A stretch of 64,000 nt of DNA from Chiloscyllium plagiosum (Eukaryota): contig NC_057759.1 in the NCBI RefSeq assembly GCF_004010195.1, forward strand, positions 736,565 through 800,564, given 5' to 3'. Position numbers and translations under genes: made by a program. The notes under the pieces were generated by a model. The model was given only the letters and a program-made list of their open reading frames with translations. It made no database searches and was not told the origin of the DNA. Positions 51,530 to 64,000 of this stretch are shown piece by piece. Position 1 is the stretch's first letter, and each line of letters starts with the position of its first letter.

Positions 51530-54500
51530 ATTATTATCAGTTCAATTGATTTTAGAGTATTGTTGATTTATTTTACTCTCACAGATCCCTGCAAATTAAA
51601 TCCCTGCTAACCAATTAACCTGAGTGAATTTTGTCAGGTACTGAAGGAGTGATCCAGCCGCACCAATTGATAAGAGACGGAGGGCGCTACAAGGTGAGCT
51701 TTGTAACTTTGGTTCATCTCTCTCCCTTGGCTAACCTCAATAGTTGTCCGCCATTGCAGAGGACACGAGTAGGTGACGGTTTCCGAATCTAAAATCTAAA
51801 TATTTTTTCAGTAGATTGTGATTGAGCGGAGTTGATCAGGAATCCGAGAAATTCACGCTGGGATTTGTTGTTTAAATTTTGAGGTTTTTAAGGTATCAGA
51901 GAGCGACTTTTACTTTTCAGCTTTGGCCGGTATTTCCGATTGTTTTTGGTAGCAGGAATAACAAAGTGCTGTGTGCTGTAATATGGGTAAGGCCTTAGAT
52001 ATGACTGAGAATAATTCATCATTAAAGTTTGTGTTGTAAATGTCCCGATTATGAGCGGAACTTGCGTTGGCTGTCGGTAATATTGTATAATAAATTGGAT
52101 AAAGATGTCTGGCCACTGGCGGGGTTGGAGGGGTAGGGGTCTGAGACTTAGAAGTTTGCAAATACGCCGAAAAACAAATTTCGTTGAAAACCACTAGCCC
52201 TAAATGTAAAACTCTTATCTCACACTGTGCGCAGGAATCCATTAGGCGCCACGAGTACTCACAATTGATGAATTGCTGGGACAATACTCAAGAAAGAAAT
52301 ATAGCAGAGTACTCAAACGGTATTCTGTTGGGAAACTTTTAAATTTGAGTGTGCACTCAGCAATTTGAAAAATCAGACCTTAGACAAAGCAGCTGCGGAA
52401 CAGACTGGGGGATCCCCGACGTTCATCTGGCATGCCAATTTTCCCTGATTCAAGTGATACAGGTGATGAAGAAGCTTTAATAGTTCCCCCTCCTCCTTCC
52501 CCACCCCCATCCCTTACCTTATCTTCCACTTCTATTTCTATGTCAGCTGTCATACAGCCTGTTGCACACCGCAACAGATCTCGTATTGACGCCTCATTTG
52601 AACAACAGCCCGGCATCTCCTTAGATAAATCTCTTCATAAAATTTCTCTTCAGCCTGCAAATGAAGAACCCCTCCCTCTACCACCACCCCCTGCCGATTA
52701 TCCACTTAGGTCGGTTTTAAATCCACGAGCTGCTGCTGATAATCAGGCAGAACGATTCATTCGGGTCGGGCAGGCCTTTAAACCCCACGAGCTGTGTTTA
52801 ATAATGGCGCAATGTGTGTCCTACAGGGATGATCCTAAAGCCTTTCTCAATTATTTGAGAGGCACTGCAACAATGTATGATGCTACCACTCGGGACCAAT
52901 ATTCCCTTATTAGTAGCTCCCTTCCTCCTGATCTGGGTGAAAGATGGAAGGCCGAATTGTGTGTAAGTGGGGACACATGAGTTACATTTTGTACTGCCCA
53001 CCAAGATGAGGATGATCCGCACACACTGACGCTCACATCATTACAGAGTGCATTCCAGAAACCTGTCGATATCTCTTAATATCTTGACTGTACATCCTCC
53101 CTTAAAGAGGAAGCCACTGCATTTTTAACCCTTTCTGTGGCATGTATGCTCTCTATTCTGGGGATGCTTCTTTTGTTGAAGGAGGACAGTCCCCTCAGTT
53201 TAATGCAATGCCTGACAAGGTAGCATCTTCTATAAAAACTAATAATATGGGTTGGTCTGATAATAGTAAAGTCTAGTTGTGCTAACTAATGAAGCAATGA
53301 CCGTGACCACCTCCTTGGTCTTGCTACTATACCCCGCATCAAGCAGGATATTGTACAGAGATCTGCTTGCCACCATTCTTCTTGGCCCACGATGGAATGG
53401 GGGCACCAGATTGACTGGCACAGGTACAGATCGTTTCCTAATGACTGCCATACTTCACCACCAGGGTCCCCTTCCCATAATGCCTGTTTCAACTGCGGGC
53501 GAGTGGGTCACTATGCGAGGGATTTTTCATTACTCCACAAACGGGGACAGTGTTCTGGCAGAAAACACACATCCTTCACTACGTTTAACTCTTTTTGGCA
53601 CTCCCAGGCCAACTATCCTGTCCTCTCACGAAACCACATTGAGGAGCCCACAGCAATACTTCACATTGAAGGTATCCCTCTTCCCTTTCTGATTGACATT
53701 GATTTGATTCACTCTATCCTATCGTGCCAAATCTCTGAGGTGATTAGCCACAGCTTTGCGTCAGCAAGCAGATTCTTTTCATTTTAAAAAAACAAACCTC
53801 TTCTCGGGGTTCCCTGATGTATTTTTCACTGCCAAACGTTACAACTTATACCTTACTCCTTATGCTCCCCTTAAATTTCAGCTGTCTGAATCAGCCATGC
53901 AGACATGTTATGGCCTCAAAGACGCCTTGGCTGAGGTCCCAGTGCTCGGGCGCCCGCTGTATGACAGACCCTTTCAGTTGTGTGTTAGTGTAATAAACGA
54001 ATGTGCTGCTCGTGTCCTTACTTAGCATCATGGTGACCAATATAGACCAGTGACCAATTATTCCAATGAATTGGATCCTGTTGCGTGTGGCCTCCCTCCA
54101 TGCACTCAAATCCTAACTGCTGTCCACCTGTTAGTTCAGGAAGCTTTAATTCTGACCCTTCACCAGCCCGCACAAGTGTACACCTCGCATTCTGCTGTCA
54201 ATCTCCTCACGTCTCAGCAGACCCAACATCTCACCCAAACTCGTCTGCGCCGTTCTGAGATCTCATTATGGCAGAACCCTTATCTCTCATTTCGTTATTT
54301 CACTACTTCAAAAACTAAATTCCTTCAGCAACCCCCTGATGAACTTTCTAACCTCTCCCCCCATGACTGTTTGCTTATGACTCATTTCCTTACTGCTCCT
54401 CGTAGACCTCCCATTTGAAAATACTGACCTCATATTTTATGTTGATGGCACTTCCTCTGTTTCCCCAGACGGTGTTCGCCAGACAGGCTATGTTATCACA

Positions 54501-55660
54501 ACAGACACTGCTGTTCAGGAGTCTGCTGCTTGACAGACCCCTGTCTCTGCATAGAAAGCCGAGTATTTTTGCACTTCTCAGAGCTTGTACTCTATCCACT
54601 GATAAAATTGCTAACACCAATTCCAGAAACGCATTTGGTGTTGCCCATGATATTGGCCGCCTCTGGCAGCAACGAAGCTCCCTTCTTTCTCCGGTTACTC
54701 CCATTCAAAATGCTCTTTGGGTTAAAAATCTCCTCAATGCTATTCTGCTTACTTGGCAATTGGCTATTATTAAATGTACTGTGCACACAAATGGGGACAC
54801 TCCAGTGCAATTAGAAAATTCCAGTGCTGATTCAGCTGCTATGGACATGGCTGCATCAGCCATTTCACTTGTTTCAACTCATGGAAACCAGGCTCCAAAT
54901 CAAATAGCTACTTCGGGGACAAAGGGCTTGCCAAATCTAACTGCAGTTCAAACCTTACAAAGGTATGCCTGAGAATCTGAAGACGCACTTTGGAAGTTGA
55001 TGGGGTGTTCACACTCCTCGACACGAGACCTCTGGCTAACAACAGTAGGTCAAGTTTGTATTCCTGATTCTTTGTTACCAGTGCTTATTGATTACTTGCA
55101 TCCTTGCACATCTCGGCAAGGAAGGAATGGTACAGCTACTTATTAAAAAGCTGGTGGCACCCGGATTTGAATAAAGCAGCTCAGGTGCGGCTGCATAGAC
55201 GCCTTACCTGCTTGAACAATAACAAGTGTTAAGATAGTAAATGCCCTTCCGGGACTATTCCCTGCCAGATGGTCCTTTTGCTTGTATACAGCTTGATTTT
55301 ATTGAGTTACCTAAGGTACAATGTTATAACACTGTTCAGTGATGATTGATGTGTTTACCAAATGGATTGAAACCTTCCCCACCACTAATTGTAATGCACA
55401 TACTGTAGGGAAAATAATGCTCACTGAAGTTATTCCCCATTTTGGGTTGCCTTAGATGATAAACTCTGAAAAGACCAACATTTTGTGGCCCAAATCGATA
55501 CTGAATTGTGTGAATTTCTTTCAATTGTACAGCAAATGTACTGCATGTATCCCCACTGATTACGAATGGGTAGATTATTGTCAGTTCAACTGATTTTTGA
55601 GTATTGTTAATTTCTTTTGCTGTTACAGATCCCTGGTAATTAAATTATGCTGTAACCGGG
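51530..55660 (+). mobile_element. Class I (gamma/epsilon-like) endogenous retrovirus, internally deleted
   Basis: Pro-rich Gag and capsid (52432..52980); zinc knuckle CFNCGRVGHYARDF; protease-like IEGIPLPFLID; RT connection YSNELDPVACGLPPC; RNase H YVDG and SRNAFGVAHD.G.LW.QR; integrase QLDFIELP, DVFTKWIE.FP; related ~80-bp terminal segments at 51531-51612 and 55576-55657. Confidence 0.9.
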
Positions 55661-56008
55661 GCAAGGTAGCTGGGAATGTGATAGTTGGGGGTGAAATTGA
55701 TAAGTCAGAGAAGAGAGTGAAGCAGATAGTTGGGAAGGAAGGTGGACTATTAGGATCATTCAAGAGGGCGGCGCTGAGTTGAAATTTTGGATTGGGATAA
55801 TGTGGGAGGAGGGGAAATGGGGAAATTGGTGAAATCAACATTGATCCCGTGGGGTTGGAGGATCACAAGGCAGAAGATGAGGCTTCTCATGACTTCCTTC
55901 TTTCCTCAACTGCAACAGACACAGACTGATCTCTTTTCCAAATATCTCTCTGGGTCCCCTGGTGGAAGATCAGGAGCTTCCCTATCTCTTCTCCCCCGCC
56001 TTATCCCA

Positions 56009-56330
56009 CGGCAGCACGGTGGCACGGTGGCACAGTGGTTAGCACTGCTGCCACACAGCGCCTGAGACGCGGGTTCAATTCCCGCCTCAGGCAACTGACT
56101 GTGTGGAGTTTGCACGTTTTCCCCGGAGCGTGGGTTTCCTCCGGGTGCTCTGGTTTCCACCCACCGTCCAAACATGTGCAGGTCACGTAAATGGGCCATG
56201 CTAAATTGCCTGTAGTGTTAGGTAAGGGGTAAATGTAGGGGTATGGGTGGGTTGCGCTTCGGCGGGTCGGTGTGGACTTGTTGGGCCGAAGGGCCTGTTT
56301 CCACACTGTAATGTAATGTAATCTAATCTA
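56009..56330 (+). mobile_element. HE1-type SINE with 6-bp target-site duplication
   Basis: A and B boxes, (taatg/taatc)n tail, atccca at 56003-56008 and 56331-56336. Confidence 0.92.
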
Positions 56331-56374
56331 ATCCCATTCCCAATATTCCAAATTGGCACCACCCTCTTGAACTT

Positions 56375-57210
56375 TCACTAACGGATTGGTGCAGCACCAA
56401 CAAACTGTCTCTCAACATGAACAAGATGAAAGAGATGGTTGTTGACTTCAGGAGGGCACAGAGCAGCAACTATCCGCTGGACATCGAAGGCTCCCCTTGG
56501 AGATCGTCTGGAACACTAAATGTCTTGGCCTGCACCTGGCAGATAATCTCACTTGGCCCCACAACACAAGCTCATTGACAAGAGACCCCTGTAGTGCAGG
56601 CTGAGGAAAGCCAACTCCCACACCCTTACTCACCACATTCTGCAGAGGGTTCATTTAGAGTACGTTGGGTTGCTGCATCACTGCATGTTTCAGGAATTGC
56701 ACTGTCTCAGGTCGAAAGACCCTACAACGGATAGTGAAGCAGCTGAGAATATCATTGGAGTCGCTCTTCCTTCCATTACAGACATTTACTTCACACGCTG
56801 CACTGGAAAGGCTAAGAGCATGTGGAAGACCCCACCCATCCATGACTCAAAATCTCTCCACCCCCACCCCGCCCCCGCCATCTGGCAGAAGATACCAGAG
56901 TATACAGACCGTCTTGGTCAGGCTGTGAATAATTTATTTTCCCAAGACATCAGGCTCCCTAATACAGTATAATCGGACACTTTCCCATCTGAAATTCTTT
57001 CCTATTGGTGCTCGAAAAATTTCTATCATTCACCATTCTTCTATTAACCGTTATGTGCATGTTTTTCACTGCTTATTCACTTCTTCTGTGTATGATTGTA
57101 TAGTTTGTGCTGTCAATGTCGCACCCTCGGTACAGGAGGAACGCTGATTCAATTTTACTGTACCAGTTGTACATGGTAGAAAGATCAAATAAAAGTTACT
57201 CTACTCTTTA
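56375..57210 (+). mobile_element. Rex1/Babar-clade LINE 3' end
   Basis: LSLNMNKMKEMVVDFRR, LQRIVK/AENIIG.ALPSITDIY, PSGRRY; aataaa and (tactc)n tail. Confidence 0.8.
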
Positions 57211-57479
57211 CTCTTGCATTGACACAAATGCAGTTTAATTAATCAGCTCTACACCATTGTCTGCGTTGCTCCTGCATGCCTGGGCTGTTTGCATGGCTTC
57301 TTTTCTCAACTGCACCAGACTCAGGCAGATCTCTTTTCTCAATATCATGCTGGGTTCCAGCACCAACACTGCCCTACACCCCATCACCCCACCCTGATCC
57401 TGCCGCGAGTGCATCAAGCAGGCCTCCCCGCCAGTGCATTAGTCCCTTCCAATTCAGGTGCAACGAGAATAGCTTTCAT

Positions 57480-58020
57480 TGATTTAAACATATGCATTCA
57501 TCTTCCCTGCACCAGCTCCTCAGCCACGCATTCATCTGCTCTTTACCCCTATTCCTGCTCTCAGTAGTACGTGGCAACAGGAGGAATCCAGATATTACTA
57601 TCGTAGAGCACGTACTTGTTAACTTTCTTCTAATTTCCTATATTCTCTCGCCAGAACCTTGTCCATTTCTCTACCTGTGTCTTTGGCTCGAACGTGTACA
57701 ACTACCTGCTTCTAGTCACCCTTATTTTGCGAATATTGTTCACACTCTTCGACGTATCCTTGATCCTGACAGCAGGGAGGCAACACACCATTCTGTTGTC
57801 TCGCTGGCAATCACAGAAACATCTGTCTCTGCCTCTGATGAGACAGTCCCCTGTTACAATTGATAGCTTGTAAGAAGAAGTACCCCTTGTAACAGTAGAT
57901 GCAGTTTCTGTGCCAGAAACTGGCTATCAGTGCCACCTTCCCCTGAGACTCCATCATCCCCGACATTTTCCAAACCATATACTTGTTTGAGATGGGAACA
58001 GGCTCAGGAAACTCCTGCAC
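57480..58020 (-). mobile_element. CR1 ORF1 remnant
   Basis: cagggaggcaacacacc (reverse strand VCCLP), ccatatacttgtttgag (SNKY). Confidence 0.65.
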
Positions 58021-59403
58021 TACCTCGCAGAAAGTGAAGACTGCAGATTCTGGAGATCAGCGCTGAAAATTGTGGTGCTGGAAGGATACAGCAGGTCGGA
58101 AAGCTTGTGAGCAGCAGGAACGTCGATGTTTTGAGCATACGGCGTTCACCAGGAATGTTTGACTCTCCTGCTCCTCGGATGCTGCCTGTCCTTCCGTGCT
58201 TTTCCAGTACCACACTTTACGACTCTACACCATCTCACTCACTCTCCTTTCTTTCCTTAGAAGCAACCAATCTACTGGACTCTATGTTATTTCTATGTTC
58301 CTGAACCTGTCATGCATCACACCCCTGGATTGTGTAAATTCCTCATTGCCTCTAACTGCCGCTGCACTTAATCCATGTAATCCAACACAGCACATCACTC
58401 GCACATGTCATGCACGACATGACATGCAGTCATGTTTTCACCTCATGTGCAGAGCCAAAAAAATAGCAAATCTTACTGATCTAGGAAAACTTAATACTTT
58501 TGTTTTATCATTTTCAAGTGATTAATAATGATAGAGATCTCAATAAAACAAAAATGACCCCACTTTACTCACTTTACTCACAGATTTACAACAGACAAAT
58601 ATTACGATTTCTAAATATAATAAATCCTAAAACAAGCATTTAGCTCAAGCTGTGAAATCTTGATACTCGCAGCTGTGAGTAGGTCTGATATTGAAGTCTC
58701 TGCAAGGTCAGCTGTGAAATTTCACTGTGTGTTTGTTTATTTTTGGACCCAGCTCCTATTTGCAGAGAAGCTTGTAATTTCACAGTCAGTAAATCTTTTT
58801 GATTTTTTTTGTTGAGCTCTAGACCCATTTGTCGACCTCCCACGTGGTTTCTCTCCAAACTATGAATCCTACTTTTTCTCTCTTTACTCCTGTTTAAAAT
58901 ATCATTGGTTTTGATTTCCTTTTAAATGTAAAGCAAAGACTTATAAAAAGTGTTATTACTGCTCCAAATAATCGAGGAAATCAGCTTCAGCACTGAAAAA
59001 TAACCTTCAGGAAGAGCAGTTCTTACAGCCACGATTCTCTCTTGTCTACCATAGATGGAAAGTTGACAGATTAAAAAGAAACCCGCAAACAATTGCTTCG
59101 GGTTGGTCTGCCTTTTGCCTTCCGTTGCGCAACAGTTACATAATGTGCACAGTTAGTTCCCCTTTTGGTTTAACGGTATTGCTTGTATAAGTGTAGTCCT
59201 GTCATATTGCTGCCAATGAGACTGGCGCAGGACAATGAGGTGTAACTTACATTCCTCAGAACACCGAGTATTTTTCAAAGTTGCTTATGGCAAAATAATT
59301 CTGTCATCATGTGCATCAGGCAAACTCTAAATTTGTAGCCAGTGGCTTGCAACCACTCAGAGACTGGCATGATTTTATATTCAGTTAATAGCAGATGACT
59401 CAC

Positions 59404-59790
59404 TGTGACATTCATATTGTCCGGATGTCACTGTCACTATTACTTCAGTTCCTCCATTTGCAGATGTGAGTCTCAGAAGAATAAATGCACATTATTCCAA
59501 TGCCCTCTCAATAACGCCTTTGGACATGGTTTTGTGCCCTGACATTGTTCAGATGACGAACGTTGTTTCTGAAATACATTTATTAATGGTCCCAGAGTAT
59601 TGTTGTATTTCAAGAACAGATACAGAAAAACTGGACAGGCAAACACAAATAATAATTTCTGAATTGATCTGCAGTATGTGTTGACCAAATAAAATAACTT
59701 GATGCAGTGAATTTGTGGCCTTCAAACTTCTCCCATTAATCAATAGGGCGGTTTTAGTTCTGACTGTGGATTGGAACCAACTTTATTGAC
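59404..59790 (-). pseudogene. Degenerate V-J exon with splice donor
   Basis: EGHKFTASSYFIW; LE*CAF (cf. LEDSAxY); RLTSANGGTEVIVTVTSG (cf. TCR J RLTFGxGTxxxV) at 59473-59420; donor gtgagt at 59403. Confidence 0.42.
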
Positions 59791-60244
59791 AGGCACTCAT
59801 TCCATAACATGTATTATCTTGTAGTGGGGTCATCAGGAAGGCGAATGGAGAGTTTGCCTTTATTTCAAGGGGGATGGAGTATAAGAGCAAGGAAGGTTTA
59901 ATGCAATTATACAAGGTGCTGGGGAAATCACACTGGAGCAGTGTGAGCAACGTTTCTTGCCTTATTATGGAAGTATACAATGGCTTTGAATGCACTTCAC
60001 AAAAGGTTCACTCAAATGATCCCAGTATGGAGGAATTTTATCATCAGAAAAGGCTAAACAGCTTAGGACCAAAATAAGGAATGGTTTGGCAGCGTCTGTA
60101 GAGAAATTAAAACAGTTAACTTTTTGAGTCCACAACACCACAGGAAATGGAAATAGGAGTAGGCCATTTGCCCCGTAAACAATCCTCCATCTTTCGATAG
60201 CAACATGACTGATCAGATATTTATTTCGTCCTCTTTCCTGCTCT

Positions 60245-61100
60245 TTAGAACGTAGAACATAGAACACAGAAAAATACAGCGTAGTACAGGCCTTTTGGCC
60301 CTCGATATTGCGCCGATCCAAGCCCACCTAACCTACACTAGCCCACTATCCTCCATATGCTCATCCAATGCCCGTTTAAATGCCCAGAAAGAGGGAGAGT
60401 CCACCACTGCTACTGGCAGGGCATTCCATGAACTCACGACTCGCTAAGTAAAGAATCTACCCTTAACATCTGTCCTATACCTACCACCCCTTAATTTAAA
60501 GCTATGCCCCCTCGTAATAGCTGACTCCATACGTGGAAAAAGGTTCTCATGGTCAACCCTATCTAAACCCCTAATCATCTTGTACACCTCTATCAAGTCA
60601 CCCCTAAACCTTCTTTTCTCCAATGAAAACAGCCCCAAGTGCCTCAGCCTTTCCTCATACGATCTTCCTACCATCCCAGGCAACATCCTGGTAAACCTCC
60701 TCTGCACCCGTTCCAGTGCCTCCACATCCTTTCTATAGTATGGGGACCAGAACTGCACACAATACTCCAGATCCGGCCGCACCAGAGTCTGAGACAACTG
60801 CAACATGACCTCAGGACTCCGGAACTCAATTCCTCTACCAATAAAAGCCAGTACGCCATATGCCTTCTTCACAGCACTATTTACCTGTGTGGCAACTTTC
60901 AGAGATCTTCCTCACTGTCAACAACTCCACCGACTTTCGTATCATCTGCAAACTTGCTCACCCAACCTTCTAGCCCCTCCTCCAGTTATAAAAATGACAA
61001 ACAGCAATGGTCCCAAAACAGATCCTTGCAGAACACCGCTAGTAACTGCACTCCAAATGAACCTTTACCATCAACTACTACTCTCTGTCTTCTTCCAGCC
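60245..61100 (-). mobile_element. CR1 LINE 3' end
   Basis: ORF 60444..60872 reads LVRPDLEYCVQFWSPYYRKDVEALERVQRRFTR. Confidence 0.92.
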
Positions 61101-62279
61101 TGCCAACGTATCCATAACCATCGATTCCCTGACTAAAATAAACTATCAATGTTAACCTTAAATATACCTACAGAATCTGCTCCATAGCTCTCTGTAGCAA
61201 AGCGTTGCAAAGATTCTCACCTCTCTGACAGAACAAATTCCTCCGCATCTCAATCCTTTATTAGTGCTCCTTTATTCTGAGACGGTGCCCTCTGATCCTG
61301 AACTCTCCCATGAGGGAAAAAATAAATACCCACTCAGCATTGACCCTGTCTGGTCCGAGTTTTATTTCAATGAGATCACTTTTCATTCTTCTAAACTCTC
61401 TTGAGTTGAATCTGTTTAAACGCTGACCTTGTTTAAACCTGTAGCCAGAGTATGTTATGACCTGTTCTATAATCTGTTACATGAGGTTTCTTGTGTTGAA
61501 CACGTCAGGAACGTTTCATGGTTGTCTCTAGACATACTGTTATAATTAATATCTCATATGGAGCATTATGTGGCTGTTTTCGACACTTTGAACACATTTG
61601 CGATTTGTTTAGCAGTGATCAGGAATTGTTCAACTCGTTGGCTGAATGCCACGAAGTTTCTGGAATAATGAGCACACTTTAAGTTAAAAGTCACCAGAAC
61701 AAAGAATTGTTTGGGAGTGACCCCTCAAGACCAACATTTGAGAAGTACGTGACCTGAAGTTATCTCAGATAAGACGAAGAGGAAAAATCTACACTCAGAG
61801 CACAGTTGCTCACTTCACTCAAATCGTGCCGGTATTTGTTTCAAGGTAAACTTATAATGTTAGTGATAGAGTTAAATGTGAACTAAGTTGAAGTGAAGTA
61901 AAGACAAAGGAAGTGAAGTGAAGTGAGTAAACGTAAGAGGTAGATGTTGCAATGAGTTCATGTCTTATATTGTTTCCTAAAGCGTTGAACAAAAAAAGTT
62001 TGCTTAATTGAATTCTGAAACGATTTCCTCTCGGTCACCCAAGGGAGGAACACGACGGAGAAGGGTGAAGCTCTCTTTAAGGTAAAAACTTTTCATAGCC
62101 CATGGAAATATTCTCAAAAACAACTGAAATCAACAACAATTCAGAATGGGCAACAATATCTGGCCTTTGCCAATAATTTTCACATTCCATTGAAGAATAA
62201 AGAGCAAAGAGCCCAATAGAGAAACAGATTCTCCAACCAGAATCGGCAGAGTGCATATAGAGGCCACTCAGTCCATCAT

Positions 62280-62548
62280 GTCTGAACTGACTCTGTGACT
62301 CTATGATGGCCCTTAGACAATTTCACACCTCTCACCATGGCTAACCCAAAAAGCCTGCGCATCCCTGGATACAGTGGGTCAATTTTAACACGGCCATTCC
62401 ACTGAACGTGCATGTCTTTGAATTGTGGGAGGAAACCAGAGCAGCTACAGGAAAGGAACGCAGACACAGGGAGAACGTATAAGCTCCAAACGCACAATAA
62501 CCCGAGGCTGGAATCAAACCATGGTCCCTGGAGCTGGGAGGCAACAAT
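62280..62548 (-). mobile_element. Old HE1-type SINE
   Basis: tgtgggaggaaaccagagca and cagacacagggagaac are reverse complements of the SINE core. Confidence 0.7.
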
Positions 62549-62979
62549 GCTCTTACACTAATCCAATTAGTTTATCTCTATCTTTTCCTGTTAATATCTT
62601 GAAGACGTCAATCAAATCAATTAGGCCATTCAGCCCATTGAGCCACCATTTGATTATCGCTGATATGTTTCTCCTGCCTTCTCTCTGTAACATTGCCCCT
62701 TTTAATCAAGAACATATTTATCTCTGCCTTAAATACACTCAATGACTTGGCCTCCCAAGCCTCTGCGGCAATGAATTCCACAGATGCACCTCCTTCTGGC
62801 TGAAGAAATTCTTCATCATCTCAGTTCTAAAGGGCTGTCTCTTCACTGTACCCCTGGATCCAAATTACTTAAAAGCACAAATCCTTTTTATTGTATGATG
62901 AGTTTTCATCGTTCACTGCACTTGTTCCCTGAGGTCAAGACATTGGCTTCACGCATTTGGAAAGATTTAAGTAAAAGGG

Positions 62980-63868
62980 ATATAGAACATAGAACATTAC
63001 AACGCTGCACAGGCCCTTCAGCCCACGATGTTGCGCCGCTCTGTCATACTAATCTGAAGCTCATCCCACCTACACTATTCCATGTACGTCCATATGCCTG
63101 TCCAATGACGACTTAAATGCACTTAAACTTGGGCGAATCTACTATCGTTGCAGGCAAAGTATTCCATACCCTTTCTACTCTCTGAGTAGATAAACTACCT
63201 CTGACATCTGTCTTATACCTATCTCCCTTCACTTTAAAGCTGTGTCCCCTCGTGTTCGCCGTTCCCATACTTGGAAAAAGGCTCTCCCTGTCCATCCTAT
63301 CTAACCCTCTAATTATCTTGTATGTCTCTATTAAGTCACCTCTCAACCTCCTTCTCTAGAACGAGAACAGCCTCAAGGCCCTCAGCCTTTCCTCGTAAGA
63401 CATTCCTTCCATACCAGGCAACATCCTAGTAAATCTCCTCTGCACCCTTTCCAAAGCTTCCACATCCTTCTTATAATGCGGTGACCAGAACTGTACACAA
63501 TACTCCAAGTGTGGTCGTACTAGAACTTTGTACAGCTGCAGCAAAACCTCCTGGTTCTGTAACTCAATCCCTCTATTAATACTGACCAAAACACTGTATG
63601 CCTTCTTAACAACCCTGTCAATCTGGGTGGCAACTTTCAGGGATCTGTGTACATGGACACCGAGATCTCTCTGCTCATCTGCACTCCCAAGAACCTTACC
63701 ATTACTTTGCATTCCGGTTACTCCGTCCAAAGTGTATCACCTCACAGTTGTCCACATTAAACTCCATTTGCCACCTCTCAGCTCACCTCTGCATCCTATC
63801 TATGTCTCTCTGCAACCTACTATGTCCTTCATCACTATCCACAACTCCACCGACCTTAGTGTCGTCCG
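62980..63868 (-). mobile_element. CR1 LINE 3' end
   Basis: ORFs 63113..63346 and 63356..63730 (RPHLEYCVQFWSP); tagaacatagaac tail. Confidence 0.92.
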
Positions 63869-64000
63869 CTTGAATGATTTTGAAAACAGACTCCAGTTTC
63901 CAAGGTTGCAGTATTTAAACCTAATAATAGATATGATCAAGTTTGAGAGCTGGATACCTGCTTTTGCTTATTAGTCGACTAATGTTTTCTTTAATGTCTT

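Noticed and set aside
51613..51720. ERV primer-binding site
   Set aside because: No clear tRNA-complementary TGG motif next to the terminal repeat remnant; only a candidate splice donor (aag|gtgag) at ~51693.
61440..62110. Possible solo LTR
   Set aside because: No partner copy, target-site duplication or clear TG..CA boundaries identifiable by eye.

Overview
Vertebrate genomic DNA from a cartilaginous fish. HE1-type SINEs and shark-type CR1 and Penelope repeats point to an elasmobranch; a bamboo/carpet shark draft assembly is a guess. There are three N gaps. No intact host protein-coding gene is visible. Most of the window is transposon debris: CR1 LINEs of several ages, HE1 SINEs, Penelope-like elements, RTE and Rex1 fragments, a tandem array of Tx1-type LINE 3' ends, an internally deleted class-I endogenous retrovirus, and two minisatellite families. 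The most interesting signal is in the short non-repeat islands between the repeats. Read by eye in six frames, many carry heavily frameshifted antigen-receptor motifs: V framework, J-like FGxGT/LTV, C1 constant, and TCR-type transmembrane with a charged Lys. In the best cases these lie in V-J-C-TM order within about 1.5 kb, with no recognisable RSS between V and J. This suggests a fossil array of compact, pre-joined TCR alpha/delta-like (or Ig-like) genes on both strands. The call rests on manual motif reading of very degenerate sequence and needs profile-HMM confirmation. Repeat boundaries are approximate.
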